DNA of 64,000 bases from an uncultured Ignavibacteria bacterium (GTDB lineage: Bacteria > Zixibacteria > MSB-5A5 > WJJR01). Position 1 is the first letter of the stretch. Each line of letters opens with the position of its first letter. The DNA is taken from NCBI GenBank assembly GCA_964440935.1, contig CAYTTY010000012.1, forward strand, positions 12,873 through 76,872, in the 5' to 3' direction. This document shows, one piece after another, positions 47,908 to 58,241 of the stretch. Under the pieces are notes generated by a model. That model made no database searches. It worked only from the letters and a program-made list of their open reading frames with translations, and was not told the DNA's origin. Both the position numbers and the translations under genes were made by a program.

Positions 47908-50198
47908 GCGACTCGCGACGCGGTCACACGTTCATCCATGAGCGTGGGAATACAATCGCGATGCAGAGCGCGCAGTTCTTCGATCGATTCGTCGATGAAC
48001 GGTTTGATGACGAATCGTCCGCCCTCGGCGACCCGGCCAATAATGGTGAGCGGGATGTACGCGTCCTGTGTGGCTTGTTCGATCACATGACGATTGGCAT
48101 CGTCAAACGATATAACGACACGTGACTGAGATTCACCGAAGAGGTAGGCGTCGGGACGAATATCACCTACATCCACCTCGCAGTCAAGACCCCAGAGATG
48201 ATCGTCGCGGCCGATGCACGATTCAAACAATGCGACCGCCAGACCACCGTCAGAACAGTCGTGCGCCGAGGCGATCCACTGATTCTGAATCGCGCGCAAG
48301 AGGAACTGTTGGACGGCCTTTTCCCGCGCGAGATCGAGGGCGGGGACCTTACCGGTCGTCAATCCGTAGATCGTCTTCAGGTATTCCGAAGCGCCAAGTT
48401 CATTCCGCGTTTCCCCGATGACCGCGATGTAGTCGGTCGATGATTTGAAGTCGTTGGTGGTGATATGGCGAACATCGGTGATCTTGCCAATCATGCCGAT
48501 GGTCGGCGTCGGGTAGACGGCGCGCGGCCCCTCTTCGTTGTAGAAACTGACATTGCCGCCGGTGACGGGTGTCCCAAAAAAGCGGCAGGCCTCGCCCATA
48601 CCACGCACACATTCAGCGAACTGGTAGTAGACGTCGGGCTTGTACGGATTGCCAAAGTTGAGGCAATTGGTAATGGCCAACGGTTGCGCCCCGACACACA
48701 CAAGATTGCGTGCGGCTTCGGCGACGGCGATTTGCGCACCGCGTCGGGGATTGAGATAGCAATAACGGCCATTGCCGTCGGTTGCAGCGGCCAGGGCGGT
48801 GTTGGTCTTGCGGATTCTCAAGACGGCGGCATCCATACCTGGGCCGATGGCGGTATTGGTTCGAACGCTGGTATCGTATTGGTGATACACCCAGCTCTTG
48901 TCGGCCAGATTGGGTGACCCCACCAGACGTTTCAGTATGTCCCCGTAATTGTCCGGTTGTGATATGCTATCCTGATCCCAGGACTGTGCGGTGTCGATGT
49001 AATCCGGTTTCTTTTCGGCACGTTTGTATTGTGGAGTCCGACCACCAAGTGCCAGCGCATCGGCGGGAACGTCGACTTTGCGTTCACCGTTATGATCGAC
49101 GATGAAGCGGCCGCCTTCAATCACCTGCCCGATTCGCTCCGCCTCCAATTGCCACTTTTTGAAAATGGCGATGACATCATCCTCCCGTCCCGGGCGAACG
49201 ATTACGAGCATGCGCTCTTGCGATTCGGACAGAAGAATCTCGTATGGCGTCATCCCCTCTTCGCGCACCGGGACCCGTCCCGTGTCGATATGCATCCCCT
49301 GTCCGCCACGGAAAGCGGTTTCGGAACACGAGCAGGTAATGCCGGCCGCGCCCATATCCTGGATGCCGACGAGCAAGTCGGCGTCGATCATTTCGAGCGT
49401 CGCTTCGAGTAGGAGCTTTTCGGTGAAGGGATCGCCGATTTGCACCGACGGGCGGCGCGATTCAGATTCCTCGGAGAGTTCCTCCGATGCGAAGGTGGCG
49501 CCATGGATGCCGTCGCGTCCGGTCTTCGAACCAACGATGTAGACCGGCGCGCCCACTTCGGATGCCGACCCGCGGGCGATCTTGTCGGTCTTGACCATAC
49601 CGATCGCCATCGCGTTAACGAGCGGGTTGCCGGTGTACGAATCCTCAAAGATCATCTCACCGCCGATGGTGGGGACACCAAAGCAATTCCCGTAACCGCC
49701 GATACCTCGCACCACGCCATCAACCAAAAACCGCACACGCGGGTTGTCGAGACTGCCGAAACGCAAAGAATCGAGGCTCGCAATAGGACGCGCACCCATC
49801 GTGAATATGTCACGCAAAATGCCGCCGACACCGGTCGCGGCGCCCTGATACGGCTCGACCGCCGAGGGATGATTGTGCGATTCGATCTTGAAGACGACCG
49901 CGAGACCGTCATCCCAATCGACCACACCAGCATTCTCCTCCCCGGCCTTGGCCAGCATCATTGGTCCTTCTTTGGGAAGCGTCTTGAGGAGAACAATCGA
50001 ATTTTTGTAGGAACAGTGTTCCGACCACATGACCGAAAAGACGCCGAGTTCGGTGTAATTCGGTTCTCGCCCAAGGATCGACTTGATCATCTCGTATTCG
50101 TCGGGTGTGATCCCGTGCTGGGCGACAAGCTCTGGTGTGACAGTGGGTTCGTGCATCGGCTCTTCCTGAGAGTCAAACTCTAAATCTATGCACCCCAC
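47904..50198 (-). CDS. purL: Phosphoribosylformylglycinamidine synthase subunit PurL (FGAM synthase II)
   Basis: 764 aa. Duplicated AIRS/AIRS_C (PurM-like) domain architecture and length typical of small PurL. Its start overlaps the hutU stop. Confidence 0.9.
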   Translation of the reverse strand: MGCIDLEFDSQEEPMHEPTVTPELVAQHGITPDEYEMIKSILGREPNYTELGVFSVMWSEHCSYKNSIVLLKTLPKEGPMMLAKAGEENAGVVDWDDGLAVVFKIESHNHPSAVEPYQGAATGVGGILRDIFTMGARPIASLDSLRFGSLDNPRVRFLVDGVVRGIGGYGNCFGVPTIGGEMIFEDSYTGNPLVNAMAIGMVKTDKIARGSASEVGAPVYIVGSKTGRDGIHGATFASEELSEESESRRPSVQIGDPFTEKLLLEATLEMIDADLLVGIQDMGAAGITCSCSETAFRGGQGMHIDTGRVPVREEGMTPYEILLSESQERMLVIVRPGREDDVIAIFKKWQLEAERIGQVIEGGRFIVDHNGERKVDVPADALALGGRTPQYKRAEKKPDYIDTAQSWDQDSISQPDNYGDILKRLVGSPNLADKSWVYHQYDTSVRTNTAIGPGMDAAVLRIRKTNTALAAATDGNGRYCYLNPRRGAQIAVAEAARNLVCVGAQPLAITNCLNFGNPYKPDVYYQFAECVRGMGEACRFFGTPVTGGNVSFYNEEGPRAVYPTPTIGMIGKITDVRHITTNDFKSSTDYIAVIGETRNELGASEYLKTIYGLTTGKVPALDLAREKAVQQFLLRAIQNQWIASAHDCSDGGLAVALFESCIGRDDHLWGLDCEVDVGDIRPDAYLFGESQSRVVISFDDANRHVIEQATQDAYIPLTIIGRVAEGGRFVIKPFIDESIEELRALHRDCIPTLMDERVTASRVA

Positions 50199-50306
50199 CG
50201 GGAATAGACAATCCCGTTATGGGCATTCTGACAGGAAATAGAAGCCGGGCTGTGAGTGCCCCCCACTCCCGGCTTCTCAGACAATAAATGTATCGATTTC
50301 AGGATA

Positions 50307-53300
50307 TCAGAAATCGGCGCCCAGTGAGAAGTAGTACTTCGGATGGGCAGCCACCACGTCGAGATCCGTCCGCCACGCCTGATCGAACCGTAACAGTACA
50401 AACCCCAGGTTGGCCCGCAATCCGTAGCCGAAGGCCATCTTGATGTCTTCGAGGTGGAATCCGTTGGCGCTGCTGGTTCCGCGGAACTTATCGTTGTCGC
50501 TCCACGCCGAGCCAACATCGGTAAAAAGCACACCGCCGATCTGGCTGAGCACTAACGGTAGTGGAAAGCGCATGGCGAAGTAGTCGACGAATGGAAAGCG
50601 GAATTCGGCATTGAGCAAGCCGAATCGCGATCCGTCGATTTCGTAGTAGTCATACCCTCGGAACGGGGTAATCAACTGGCTGAAATACAATCCCTCCACG
50701 TCGTACACACTCGACCGGCTAATCGTTGATCCGATCCAGTTGCTCATGCCGCCCAGATAGAATCGTTTCGGATTGCTGCCTCCGGACACACCGCCGGCCA
50801 GACGCAGGGCCACGCTGTAGCGGCCACCGAGACGGGCGTACTGACGGAAGTCGAAGGTCATCGCCCGGTAGCTGATCCCGTCGGAGAACCCGTCGGGAGC
50901 GGCCTCCAGCGACACGCGATAACGCCGGCCGCTTTTCGGGGCGGTCATCCCCCAGGTCGAATTGTCGTGAACCATTGACAATACGCCGACGGCAACGCGA
51001 TCCGACCGGTCGCGTTCGGGCGGTTCCGGCCGATCCACGAACCGCCGGTCGATAAACACCATCATACCGTCGAGTTGCAGCCGTGTGAACTTGGAGAACG
51101 GTCGGGCAACATTCGCCTGGAAACCGTACGTGCGGTCACTGAACAGCTTATTGTTGAAATTCAAATAGAAGTACTTTGAGTGGAACAAACCGATGCCGTA
51201 GTCGATCCGCTTCGGCGTGTACCGGTAATACACTTGAATGTTCGACTGATCGATTGTGTTGATGAGATCAGTGGCAACGAAGACCTGGTGATCGCCCAGG
51301 TAGTCGGAGATGACAAAGAACGACTGTCCACGCAACCCGAAGAAGGTGTCATAGCCAAGGCCACCGGTTACCAGATCGGGCGTGAATTTCGGTGAGTAGT
51401 CGTGGACCTCGTATTCGGTCAGCACGGTGTCGGCTTGGGCAACCATTGTGGCCGATGTGGTGTCGTCCTCCGCCACTGCCATCTCATCAAGGTCTTCCGG
51501 CGTCGGCGGACCGAGCGGCTGGCGGGCCGCGGTCGTGTCCCCTGACGTTGCCGAGGTGTCGTCCTTGATCGGCCGGTGCTCGTACGGAGTACTCGCCGGC
51601 TGGACGAACGACGTGAACTCCAAGTCTTCCGAGAGCAGCTTGGGCGCGCGTTCTTCCAATTCGACCTCACGACGAATGACGAACGCACTGGAATCCTCAC
51701 CGGATAGCCGTCGTACAAATGCCGTGGGCGCGAGATTCTTGCCCGGCTCCGCCTTGGGTCGAATGTCTGTCATCAAAAACACATCGAAACCACCGCGGTA
51801 GAATGCGGAGAATGCGATCTGCTGTCCATCGGGAGACCAGGACGGGCTGAAGCAACCGGAAATGGCATCGGTGACCGGAAACGGCTCCGCACCGAGCGAG
51901 TCGATGATGTACAGATTATAGATACCGTTCTTGTTGGAGACGAAGCAGATTCGGTTCCCGTCGGGCGCATACACCGGTGTTTTGTCTTCGGCATCGTCGT
52001 TTGTCAACGGATGCACCGTCCGCGTTACCAAATTCGCTTCGAAGACGTTGTAGCGGCCGAATGCGAACGTGGCCGGATTCTGATCGTCAGGCAGCATCAA
52101 TGGCGTGGTGGCGTCGGACGGCCGGTCGGCGGCGAAGATGATGCGATCACCGTCGGGATGGAAATGAGCATCCTGCTCATCGTAACGGTCGTTTGTGAGC
52201 CGAGTCACCGATTCGGTCGCGAGATCGACGAGATAGAGATCGTTTTGATCGTGGCGGTTCGCGGTTACGACAATCGACTTGCCGTCGGGAGAAAACGACG
52301 GCGACCGCATTGATTGAAAGCCGAAGCGCAACGTTTGATCGTCACCGCTGCCATCGACATCGAGCAACATCAAGGCGTCGTGGCCGCCCGACTTGGCAAT
52401 CAGGGCGAGCGTGGAACCGTCGGGAGAGAAGTCCATACCTGACACAAAAGAATGCAGTGATTCAAAGCGATCGGTCCGTCCGCCTTTGATCACTGTGCCC
52501 AAGTGTTCGCCGTCAACGGTCGAGATGATTTGCACTTCCGTATTGTCGGCTTTCTCAGTAAGAATGGCGATGCGATTACCGCGGGGCGAGAACACCGGTT
52601 TCTCATTGAAATACGAACCGTCTTCTTCGTGGTCGGTAAGCTGGCGCGCGAACAACTCCGGTTCTTCGCGAATCGAGATTTCGGGCCAGTACTCCTTGCG
52701 CAGGCGCTTTTGCCACTCCTCATTGAACTCTTCGATACCCTTCCCGATCGTCTTTTTCAAGGAGTTGTCCATAGTGAGTTCAAACCGCCCCTTGGACAAC
52801 ACCTCTGCGATTTTCTCTTCACCGTAACGTTCGGCGAGATACAGGACCGCGGACTGCCCTTGCTTGTAGGCGAGGTAGCCGCCGACGTAATTCAGCGGGA
52901 TGAGATAGTTGTGCACGGTGGCGTCGCGGATGACCATATCGGCGAACGTGTCCCATCCGTGGCGAGAGGAATACTCCGCAAATCCCTCGGCAAACCAGAG
53001 CGGAACATTGAAAAGCGCCTGCCGTGAGAAGATCGAGCCGACGCCGCTGAACAGCATGTCGAAGGTCACGGCATGCGTGAGTTCATGGTGCAACACATGG
53101 CGGAAGTCCTCGTACGATCCGGTGAACGGCATCACCATGCGGTTCTTAAACGATTCGGTGAACCCCCCGACCCCCTCTTCCAGCAGGCTGCTGGTGACGT
53201 TGGTCTGTTGGAATTCGTTGTGCGATTGGTAGATGATCGCCGGGACGCGATTTTGCAGCGAGTAGTTCAATTCCTCGGAGACTTGCACGTACGCCGATTC

Positions 53301-53510
53301 GAGCACGGTTGCCGTAAACACGGCGAGGCCGTAGCCACCGTCATAGAAGTAGACGTCAAAGTGCTCGGAGGATATGTACTGCCAGTCGAAATCGCGATAC
53401 TGGACTTTGTTCTTGCCGAACTGGGCGACGGCCTCGGATCCGTCGAGGGCTCCGGAAAGGAGAATGCCCAACGCAATGAGAGCCAGCGTAAGGAACCGTA
53501 ACGTCATCAA
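50307..53510 (-). CDS. Large secreted outer-membrane protein: signal peptide, then a HExxH zincin-like domain, a TolB/PD40-type beta-propeller, and a C-terminal Omp85 (BamA/surface antigen D15)-type beta-barrel
   Basis: Signal peptide MMTLRFLTLALIALGILLSGA. VLHHELTHAV is a HExxH motif. PD40-like repeats are present (PSFSPDGKSIV, PVYAPDGNRICFVSNKNG). The C-terminus ...KMAFGYGLRANLGFVLLRFDQAWRTDL...KYYFSLGADF matches the Omp85 barrel terminal signature ending in Phe. Confidence 0.5.
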   Translation of the reverse strand: MMTLRFLTLALIALGILLSGALDGSEAVAQFGKNKVQYRDFDWQYISSEHFDVYFYDGGYGLAVFTATVLESAYVQVSEELNYSLQNRVPAIIYQSHNEFQQTNVTSSLLEEGVGGFTESFKNRMVMPFTGSYEDFRHVLHHELTHAVTFDMLFSGVGSIFSRQALFNVPLWFAEGFAEYSSRHGWDTFADMVIRDATVHNYLIPLNYVGGYLAYKQGQSAVLYLAERYGEEKIAEVLSKGRFELTMDNSLKKTIGKGIEEFNEEWQKRLRKEYWPEISIREEPELFARQLTDHEEDGSYFNEKPVFSPRGNRIAILTEKADNTEVQIISTVDGEHLGTVIKGGRTDRFESLHSFVSGMDFSPDGSTLALIAKSGGHDALMLLDVDGSGDDQTLRFGFQSMRSPSFSPDGKSIVVTANRHDQNDLYLVDLATESVTRLTNDRYDEQDAHFHPDGDRIIFAADRPSDATTPLMLPDDQNPATFAFGRYNVFEANLVTRTVHPLTNDDAEDKTPVYAPDGNRICFVSNKNGIYNLYIIDSLGAEPFPVTDAISGCFSPSWSPDGQQIAFSAFYRGGFDVFLMTDIRPKAEPGKNLAPTAFVRRLSGEDSSAFVIRREVELEERAPKLLSEDLEFTSFVQPASTPYEHRPIKDDTSATSGDTTAARQPLGPPTPEDLDEMAVAEDDTTSATMVAQADTVLTEYEVHDYSPKFTPDLVTGGLGYDTFFGLRGQSFFVISDYLGDHQVFVATDLINTIDQSNIQVYYRYTPKRIDYGIGLFHSKYFYLNFNNKLFSDRTYGFQANVARPFSKFTRLQLDGMMVFIDRRFVDRPEPPERDRSDRVAVGVLSMVHDNSTWGMTAPKSGRRYRVSLEAAPDGFSDGISYRAMTFDFRQYARLGGRYSVALRLAGGVSGGSNPKRFYLGGMSNWIGSTISRSSVYDVEGLYFSQLITPFRGYDYYEIDGSRFGLLNAEFRFPFVDYFAMRFPLPLVLSQIGGVLFTDVGSAWSDNDKFRGTSSANGFHLEDIKMAFGYGLRANLGFVLLRFDQAWRTDLDVVAAHPKYYFSLGADF

Positions 53511-53644
53511 TCACTCCTCATGTGGTCAGGTACGAACGCCCGGCGAGGAAGGTCGATCCGCAACCCCGAATCTGCCATATTGAACCAGCCAAGTGGTGGA
53601 TTGTTCCGCCTCCATTGATCCATAGGGACTACACCTGAGGCGGA

Positions 53645-54910
53645 TTAATCATCCTCTACACGAGAGATATCGGCTCCCAATTGGGCCAGCTTCGTCTCTA
53701 GATTCTGATAGCCGCGATCAATGTGATACACACGGCGGATCGTCGACTCGCCTTCGGCCGCCAATGCCGCCAGGACAAGTCCTGCGCCGGCACGGATATC
53801 GGAGGCCATGACGGCGGCTCCACGTAGGGCGGGGACGCCGGCGATGCGCACTTCATTGCCGGTGACGTTGATGTCGGCACCCATGCGGACCAACTCCATC
53901 GAGTGGGAGTATCGGTTAGGAAACACGGTATCAACGACTTGCGACGGTCCATCGGCAATCGTAAGGGCCGACAGGATCGCCGGCTGCAAATCAGTGGGAA
54001 AGCCGGGATACGGAAAGGTGGCGACTTGGGCCGGATAGAGCCGGGCCGGGCCCTTGATTGTCATGCGCTTCTTCGTCGTAGTGATCTTGGCGCCCATTTC
54101 GACCAGCTTGGCGGTGACGGCTTCGAGATGTCCCGATTCGACACTACGCGTTTCGACGGTGCCTTTGGTCATGGCTCCGGCGAGCAAGAATGTACCCGCC
54201 TCGAGTCGGTCAGGAATGGCGCGGTGCTCCACACCTTTGAGCTTCTTGACGCCGGTGATACGGATGGTGGCGGTCCCTGCTCCCTGAATCTTGGCTCCCA
54301 TCTTGGTGAGCATGTCGGCCAGGTCGGCAATCTCCGGGTCACAACCGGCGTTCACCAGGACAGTCTCCCCCGGGGTGGTGGCGGCCGCGAGCATGAGATT
54401 CTCGGTACCGGTATGAGTCGGCCGGTCGAAGACAAATGTCGTAGACTTCATTCGGGAGCCATCGCACTTGATGTACCCGTGATCATCGGTACACTTCGCC
54501 CCCATTGTGGTGAAGCCTTTGATATGCAAATCGACCGGACGCGGCCCGAAAGCGCATCCGCCAGGCAGGGACACACGTGCTTTCCGCATCCGTCCCAGCA
54601 AGGCTCCCAAGACGAGAAACGACGCACGCATGCGGCGCATCAAGTCGTACGGGACTTCGTGGGTCGTCAAGTGCGTGGCATCAATGATCAATGTCCGCTG
54701 GCCGGCATCGTAGCTGGTATGGGCTCCGAGGTGAGTGACCACATCGATCGACGTGCGGACATCGGCCAGGTCGGGGACATCAAGGAGTGTGGTGCGGCCG
54801 TTTTCGGCCAGCAGTGCGGCGCAAATTTGTGGCAGAATCGCATTCTTGGCCGGAGCGACCGTCACCGAGCCGGAGAGGCGACGGCCACCGTTTATGATGA
54901 ATTTATCCAA
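53645..54910 (-). CDS. murA: UDP-N-acetylglucosamine 1-carboxyvinyltransferase
   Basis: MDKFIINGGRRLSGSVTVAPAKNAILPQICAALLA... and a catalytic Cys context ...PGGCAFGPRPVDLH...; length 421 aa. Confidence 0.9.
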   Translation of the reverse strand: MDKFIINGGRRLSGSVTVAPAKNAILPQICAALLAENGRTTLLDVPDLADVRTSIDVVTHLGAHTSYDAGQRTLIIDATHLTTHEVPYDLMRRMRASFLVLGALLGRMRKARVSLPGGCAFGPRPVDLHIKGFTTMGAKCTDDHGYIKCDGSRMKSTTFVFDRPTHTGTENLMLAAATTPGETVLVNAGCDPEIADLADMLTKMGAKIQGAGTATIRITGVKKLKGVEHRAIPDRLEAGTFLLAGAMTKGTVETRSVESGHLEAVTAKLVEMGAKITTTKKRMTIKGPARLYPAQVATFPYPGFPTDLQPAILSALTIADGPSQVVDTVFPNRYSHSMELVRMGADINVTGNEVRIAGVPALRGAAVMASDIRAGAGLVLAALAAEGESTIRRVYHIDRGYQNLETKLAQLGADISRVEDD

Positions 54911-55072
54911 ATATCCCTACCCCCGGAATCGAAGATCGTCTGTTCGCGCGAGCGGCTCCTGTTGCATTTTACACAGCGACACCGAACCCGCTCCCATATA
55001 TGCACGATGCTGGAATTGATCGGAACTAATTTCTGACTCACGCGGAGCGATCATTCTCACCTATATTACTCG

Positions 55073-55822
55073 TTGAATTGGCTCATGAACAATCCCACGC
55101 CTGTCATCTTCTTTTCTGACGCCCATTTCGGCGCTCACGACCCTAAGCAAGAGTCGGTGAAGGTCGAACGATTCGTCTCGCTGTTGGATCATGCCGGAAT
55201 GATGAGTGCGGAGGTGTTCTTCCTCGGCGATCTCTTCGATTTCTGGTTTGAATACAAGCACTGGATTCCCAAGGTGCCATTGGAGGTATTGACTGCCATT
55301 CAGCGGTTTAGCCGCGCGGGCAATGCGTTCCACCTCGTGCTGGGGAATCATGACACCTGGGCGACTGATTACTTTGCCGAAGACTTAGGAGTTGTTGTGC
55401 ATCGTGGCGATGTCGAGGAGACGCGCCATGGCTTGCGTCTGCTGATCTCACACGGTGACGGGAAGGCGCGGTCTGATCGTGGGTATCGTGTTCTGAGACG
55501 GATCCTGCGATTTCGTCCGAATATCGCCCTGTACCGCCTCCTGCCTGCCGACCTGGCTTTTGGGCTCGCCAATTTCTTTTCGGGCCAATCGCGCGAATTG
55601 ACATCGGGACGGCCGCCGAAATTCCTGCAGGAGTACGATGCCATCGCCGAGCAGTTGCTCGCAGACAGCTACGATGCGGTGTTGATGGGGCACCTGCACC
55701 AGGGGTGGGTGCGGAAAGTCGAGAACGGGTGGTGGATCAATACCGGTGAGTTCTTCGAAGCGTTTCATTATGTGGTTTTGGAGAATGGGTCGTTTGAGTT
55801 GCGGACGTGGGACCAAGGGTAA
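55073..55822 (+). CDS. Metallophosphoesterase of the LpxH (UDP-2,3-diacylglucosamine hydrolase) family
   Basis: Calcineurin-like motifs in LpxH-type spacing: FFSDAHFGAHD, FLGDLFDFW, VLGNHDTW, SHGDG, GHLH. Divergent from murA. Confidence 0.6.
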   Translation: MNWLMNNPTPVIFFSDAHFGAHDPKQESVKVERFVSLLDHAGMMSAEVFFLGDLFDFWFEYKHWIPKVPLEVLTAIQRFSRAGNAFHLVLGNHDTWATDYFAEDLGVVVHRGDVEETRHGLRLLISHGDGKARSDRGYRVLRRILRFRPNIALYRLLPADLAFGLANFFSGQSRELTSGRPPKFLQEYDAIAEQLLADSYDAVLMGHLHQGWVRKVENGWWINTGEFFEAFHYVVLENGSFELRTWDQG

Positions 55823-56068
55823 AACAGATCAGGACCACGGCGTATCTCGAGCATTGGCGTTCCCCCAAGCGGTTGTGCGCCGGGGTCCTGATAAACCCGC
55901 TATGCATGTCCAAACGCAGGTCAGGTGTCCCGTGCGCTGATATGACGTTCAATTGTGGAGGCTGTGGCCGCGCCGTGCATCTGACCTGCGGGCTCAAGGG
56001 CCCGCGGCGTCCCAATGTTCATAGCATGGCTGTCCCGGCGAGGCGCCCGAGCTACGGGAAGAATGCCG

Positions 56069-57613
56069 CTACACAAAACGCAGCAAATCACCCGCTGTCC
56101 GAGCACTGGTGGTACTGATCGCAACGCCATCGAGAGAACAACAGACGGGACGTGTGCAACAGACCTGACCGGATGATCCGGCTGTAAGGTTTAACACACC
56201 ATTCAACCCCAATCGGCGCGAGAGCCCGACATCAAGGAGCGAGCCACCGGCAGACGCAATGACCTCCATCCACCCTCGCTTTTGCGCCTGGCGCAGCACG
56301 CCGGGCGTTGCGGGGCACACCAGCAGCGCCTGATCACCGGCAACACGACGCCCACGAACGGTTGCAGCAATCTGCTCGATTTCATAGGGCAAAGCCGCAG
56401 GGCCGATGATAATTCCTCCGGAGTAAGACGATTCCGGCTGAGCCACTTTGGTGCCCGAGTTCGCGACGAACGGGGCCAGTCCGCTTCCCTCGATGAAGTG
56501 TTCACCATCGTAGACGGCCGTCCGGTCGGGATGGCTCTGCGGGAACCGGCCCCGCAATTGACGGCCGAAGTGGCGGCGGATGACATCATCGAATGGTGTC
56601 AGTGCGGCGGCGGCGCCGTAATGAACAATCAATGAGGCCAGCTTTGCCTTGCGGTCGATGGAGAGACGTTCGACCGCAGCGCCGAGGAGCTCGACAATGG
56701 CCCCGTTCCAATCCTCCTGCACACCGCGTGCAAGAAGTGCCAACGCCAGATCCTCCACTTCGATTTTGGATCCCAGTTTGCGTGTCACTTCAATCTTGAG
56801 AACGCGAGTGTTCTGATTGCGGGCGTGTTCGTCAGACAGCACCAGTATCCCTGCCCCACCGAGTCCAGTGATGCGGGAGTCGTTATCAATCACCAGTTGC
56901 CCCGGCAGGATGGCCCCCGCTTCGATGAGCTGCCATTCGATTTGTCCGAATTCCTCGGATAGCCAGACCGGCTCCTCGAGTTCGCCGGATGGGATCGCAT
57001 CGGGCACAAAGCGGCTGCGTGGCGCAATCGGCTGCGGACCGGGACTGAGGACCGTGTGCCGCGCACCGTCATCGCCGACATCATGGAGTCGCCAGTCGGC
57101 CGCAAGCTGAGAGTCGGGCCACTCGGCATGACAACGCTCGCGAATCTTGTGTGAACCGGTTTTGGGCGTCGTGACGGTGGGAGTGGCGGATGTCGCTGCG
57201 GTGGCACCCAAGCGTAGTTCCAATTGCTCGAGTTTCAACACTGCCGGGCGCTCGAGGATGTTGTACTTCCGGCGCCAACTGTAGAATGCGGCTTTCGAGA
57301 TATTCAGTTCACGGCCACAGCGGAAATCGTCGCCGTACCGCGACCAGAGTTCATCGATTTGCTCGTAGCTGAATTTCGGCGCACTGTACCGCGGCAGACC
57401 TTTCTTCCGTCGCCAGTACGCCACGAGGTATTCCTCGACGGCCAACACCTCGGCGATGCGGGCATCGGTCTTGTATAGCGATTGGAGTCGTAGCAGCTCG
57501 CTTTTCTTTGGACACTTCATCGCTAAATCAATTCCCTGTGCTGCCGGTCCGGCAGCGCTCAACGCTACTGAAGCCAAGAGGACGAAGATAGACGAGTCCA
57601 AGGCCAAATTCAA
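56069..57613 (-). CDS. Hypothetical protein: an N-terminal transposase-type helix-turn-helix pair fused to a ~380-aa domain of unknown function with a C-terminal Cys cluster
   Basis: Residues ~30-130 (KKSELLRLQSLYKTDARIAEVLAVEEYLVAYWRRKKG...NISKAAFYSWRRKYNIL) resemble IS3/IS630 OrfA HTH. The C-terminus has GSSGQVCCTRPVCCSLDG. No confident family assignment is possible from sequence alone. Confidence 0.35.
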   Translation of the reverse strand: MNLALDSSIFVLLASVALSAAGPAAQGIDLAMKCPKKSELLRLQSLYKTDARIAEVLAVEEYLVAYWRRKKGLPRYSAPKFSYEQIDELWSRYGDDFRCGRELNISKAAFYSWRRKYNILERPAVLKLEQLELRLGATAATSATPTVTTPKTGSHKIRERCHAEWPDSQLAADWRLHDVGDDGARHTVLSPGPQPIAPRSRFVPDAIPSGELEEPVWLSEEFGQIEWQLIEAGAILPGQLVIDNDSRITGLGGAGILVLSDEHARNQNTRVLKIEVTRKLGSKIEVEDLALALLARGVQEDWNGAIVELLGAAVERLSIDRKAKLASLIVHYGAAAALTPFDDVIRRHFGRQLRGRFPQSHPDRTAVYDGEHFIEGSGLAPFVANSGTKVAQPESSYSGGIIIGPAALPYEIEQIAATVRGRRVAGDQALLVCPATPGVLRQAQKRGWMEVIASAGGSLLDVGLSRRLGLNGVLNLTAGSSGQVCCTRPVCCSLDGVAISTTSARTAGDLLRFV

Positions 57614-57743
57614 GCGCGGCCATCAGATGTCAAATCCGTAACCGAATTTAACGTTAGTCATGAAAAAGGCTTACACGTCCGATGGAGGGTGATTTCGCGG
57701 TCGCTACAAGCCGATGGCGGAGAGTTTGTTACTGATTGCTTTC

Positions 57744-58241
57744 TTATCGTTGCGGACAGGCGCGTGCGAATGCCGGCCTCAGTTTTGCCAGAATTGTCTC
57801 AAAACCAACCGAGGTGACACGCGTCCCGGAGAGGACCGGCATGAAGTTATTGTCACCAACCCAGCGCGGGACGAGATGCACATGCAGATGCCCCTCAATG
57901 CCGGCGCCCCCGGCGCGTCCCAGATTCATCCCGACATTCAAACCCGCCGGATTTATTTCTTCGTTCATGATCCGTGACGTCAAACTCACCATTTCAATCA
58001 AGTCGGCGCGTTCTTCACGGTCGAGTTCTTCGAGCAACGCCACGTGACGGTATGGGATAACCATGAGGTGCCCGGAGTTGTAGGGATAGCGATTGAGGAC
58101 GACAAACAGACGACTGTCCTCGTGTACGATCAACTCACTGACCTCGGGACGATCCTGCGGTTCGCAGAAGATGCAGCCTTCCGGTTTCGGTCCCAGAATG
58201 AACTCCTCCCTCCAGGGTGCATACAGCAGATCACGTTTCAT
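57744..58241 (-). CDS. HIT-family (histidine triad) nucleotide hydrolase
   Basis: GHLHVHLVPR histidine triad, plus CIFC near the N-terminus. Confidence 0.75.
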   Translation of the reverse strand: MKRDLLYAPWREEFILGPKPEGCIFCEPQDRPEVSELIVHEDSRLFVVLNRYPYNSGHLMVIPYRHVALLEELDREERADLIEMVSLTSRIMNEEINPAGLNVGMNLGRAGGAGIEGHLHVHLVPRWVGDNNFMPVLSGTRVTSVGFETILAKLRPAFARACPQR

